The notes below the pieces were generated by a model that worked only from the letters and a program-made list of their open reading frames with translations, did no database searches and was not told the DNA's origin. A stretch of 61,391 nucleotides of DNA, counting the filler. It is 6 parts of 6 records of this genome, joined end to end, with 100 filler letters (N's around TTAATTAATTAA, not from the genome) between each part and the next. Parts side by side here need not be neighbours in the genome. Positions count along the whole stretch, not along the records: positions 52,660 to 61,391 come from SRR22947727_3525; 5 more parts are not named here. One strand, given 5' to 3'. The translations under genes were made by a program, and so were the position numbers. This document shows, piece after piece, positions 60,076-61,391 of the stretch (position 1 is its first letter; each line of letters opens with the position of its first letter).

Positions 60076-61391
60076 ATGATTGAAAATTTTCTTGCCGGAT
60101 CCGCTGCTCTTTTTGGTGACCCTTTCACCATAGCGATTTTTGTTTTTGGGGTCATCGGCGGCATGTTATTTGGTGCCATCCCCGGGGTCAGCATGCTTAC
60201 TCTTGCAGCGATTCTTCTTCCCTTTACAGCTGGGCTTGAAGCATCGCAGGGCGTGATGCTTTTTGCTGTTATCTATTGTACCGGTACATATGGTGGCGCA
60301 ATCACTGCGATTCTGTTCAATATTCCCGGGGCACCAGAAAACGCCCCAACCGCGTTTGACGGGTATCCGATGACCCGAAAGGGCCTCGCTGGCAAAGCTG
60401 TTGGCGCGGCAGTGTTATGTTCGGCGATTGGTGGTACCGCATCGGCATTGGTGATGATGGCGGCGACCGAGCCTCTGGCACAATGGGCCATTCGCAATAT
60501 CGGCCCACCTGAAATTTTCGCACTTGTTTTCTTCGGCCTTGCTGTTGCTTCGTCGGTTGGTGGCAATACCATCTGGAAAGGCTGGATGTCGGTTCTTCTC
60601 GGCCTGCTGATTGCTACTATTGGCCAAGATCCTGTTGGCGGTATTAACCGCTATAATTTCGGCCTGAGCGATTTGGCTGCCGGCATTGCCTTTGTTCCGG
60701 CCATTCTTGGTTTCTTTGCCGTGTCAGAGATTTTCATTCAGGCGGAAAAAAAGGCATTTGGTAAACATACTGCACCAAAATTCAATGTCGATTTCCCAAC
60801 GATCAGGGAATTATGGCGTTACAAAATCGCCGTTGTGCGGTCAATTTTTGTTGGCTTTTTCTGCGGTATCCTGCCCGGAATTGGTGCAACACTCGCCGCC
60901 TTCATGGGCTATGGCGAAGCGGTGCGCTGGTCAAAAGATAAAAAGTCATTTGGTAAGGGTAATCTTGAAGGGGTTATTTCATCTGAAACCTCAAATAATG
61001 CGGCCACTGGCGCGGCGATGATCCCGCTTTTGGCACTTGGTTTGCCGGGTGGTGCCTTGACAGCGATGATGGTTGCCGTCTTCCAGATGCATGATATGGA
61101 ACCTGGCCCATTGGTCTTTTATAATTCACCCGATCTGATCTGGGTTGTCTTTGCCGCGATGTTCTACGCCAATGTGTCGATTTTGTTCATTGGCCTTATT
61201 GAAACAAAAACAATTCTCTATCTTCTGAAAATTCCGTTTCACTTCCTTGCCCCGATGATTCTGCTTCTTGCCAGCATTGGATCATATATCGGGCGCGGAC
61301 TTGTTCTCGACGTGATTGTGATGTTTGGCGCTGGCATTTTGGGCTTTTTGCTGCGACGGTCAGGCTATTCAATTCCGGGGATCGTTCTTGG
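60076..61391 (+). CDS. tctA: TTT large membrane subunit (TctA family), runs off window (not in ORF track)
   Basis: MIENF...GAIPGVS...YGGAITAILFNIPGAPENAPTAFDGYPM...SSETSNNAATGAAMIPLLALGLPG. Confidence 0.9.
   Translation, partial: MIENFLAGSAALFGDPFTIAIFVFGVIGGMLFGAIPGVSMLTLAAILLPFTAGLEASQGVMLFAVIYCTGTYGGAITAILFNIPGAPENAPTAFDGYPMTRKGLAGKAVGAAVLCSAIGGTASALVMMAATEPLAQWAIRNIGPPEIFALVFFGLAVASSVGGNTIWKGWMSVLLGLLIATIGQDPVGGINRYNFGLSDLAAGIAFVPAILGFFAVSEIFIQAEKKAFGKHTAPKFNVDFPTIRELWRYKIAVVRSIFVGFFCGILPGIGATLAAFMGYGEAVRWSKDKKSFGKGNLEGVISSETSNNAATGAAMIPLLALGLPGGALTAMMVAVFQMHDMEPGPLVFYNSPDLIWVVFAAMFYANVSILFIGLIETKTILYLLKIPFHFLAPMILLLASIGSYIGRGLVLDVIVMFGAGILGFLLRRSGYSIPGIVL

Overview
This window is not one genome. 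It is six unrelated marine contigs joined by five 100-nt N-spacers, each carrying TTAATTAATTAA (stops in all six frames). (1) 1-17649 is a marine Synechococcus-like chromosome: bioB end, trhO, GST-DUF952, lipA, recR, psbP, HlyD/TolC/FUSC efflux genes, LCP, antiporter, ABC transporter, rbp, DEAD-box helicase. (2) 17750-23849 is a T4-like cyanomyovirus g18-g23 module with late promoters. (3) 23950-32936 is a cyanomyovirus tail-fibre module (S74-chaperoned fibre, second fibre, Gly-rich adhesin with an 8-Cys knob, DUF6171-like protein) plus a helicase behind an early-type promoter. (4) 33037-41442 is an AT-rich picocyanobacterial island with a type I secretion system, PPIase and glycosyltransferases. 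(5) 41543-52559 is a probable Verrucomicrobia/PVC fragment with nuoI-N, an oxidoreductase, a sulfatase and a sugar ABC ATPase. (6) 52660-61391 is an alphaproteobacterial fragment with an ActP-like symporter and a sulfoacetate sauS-sauT-TTT cluster. The most striking unexplained structure is a four-helix-bundle (23S-IVP/bAvd-like) gene between nuoI and nuoJ. It is bracketed by 34-nt heptamer-built inverted arms that could loop it out of the mRNA, and a third arm copy lies before nuoI. Taxonomy and product calls come from motif recognition only; no database searches were run.
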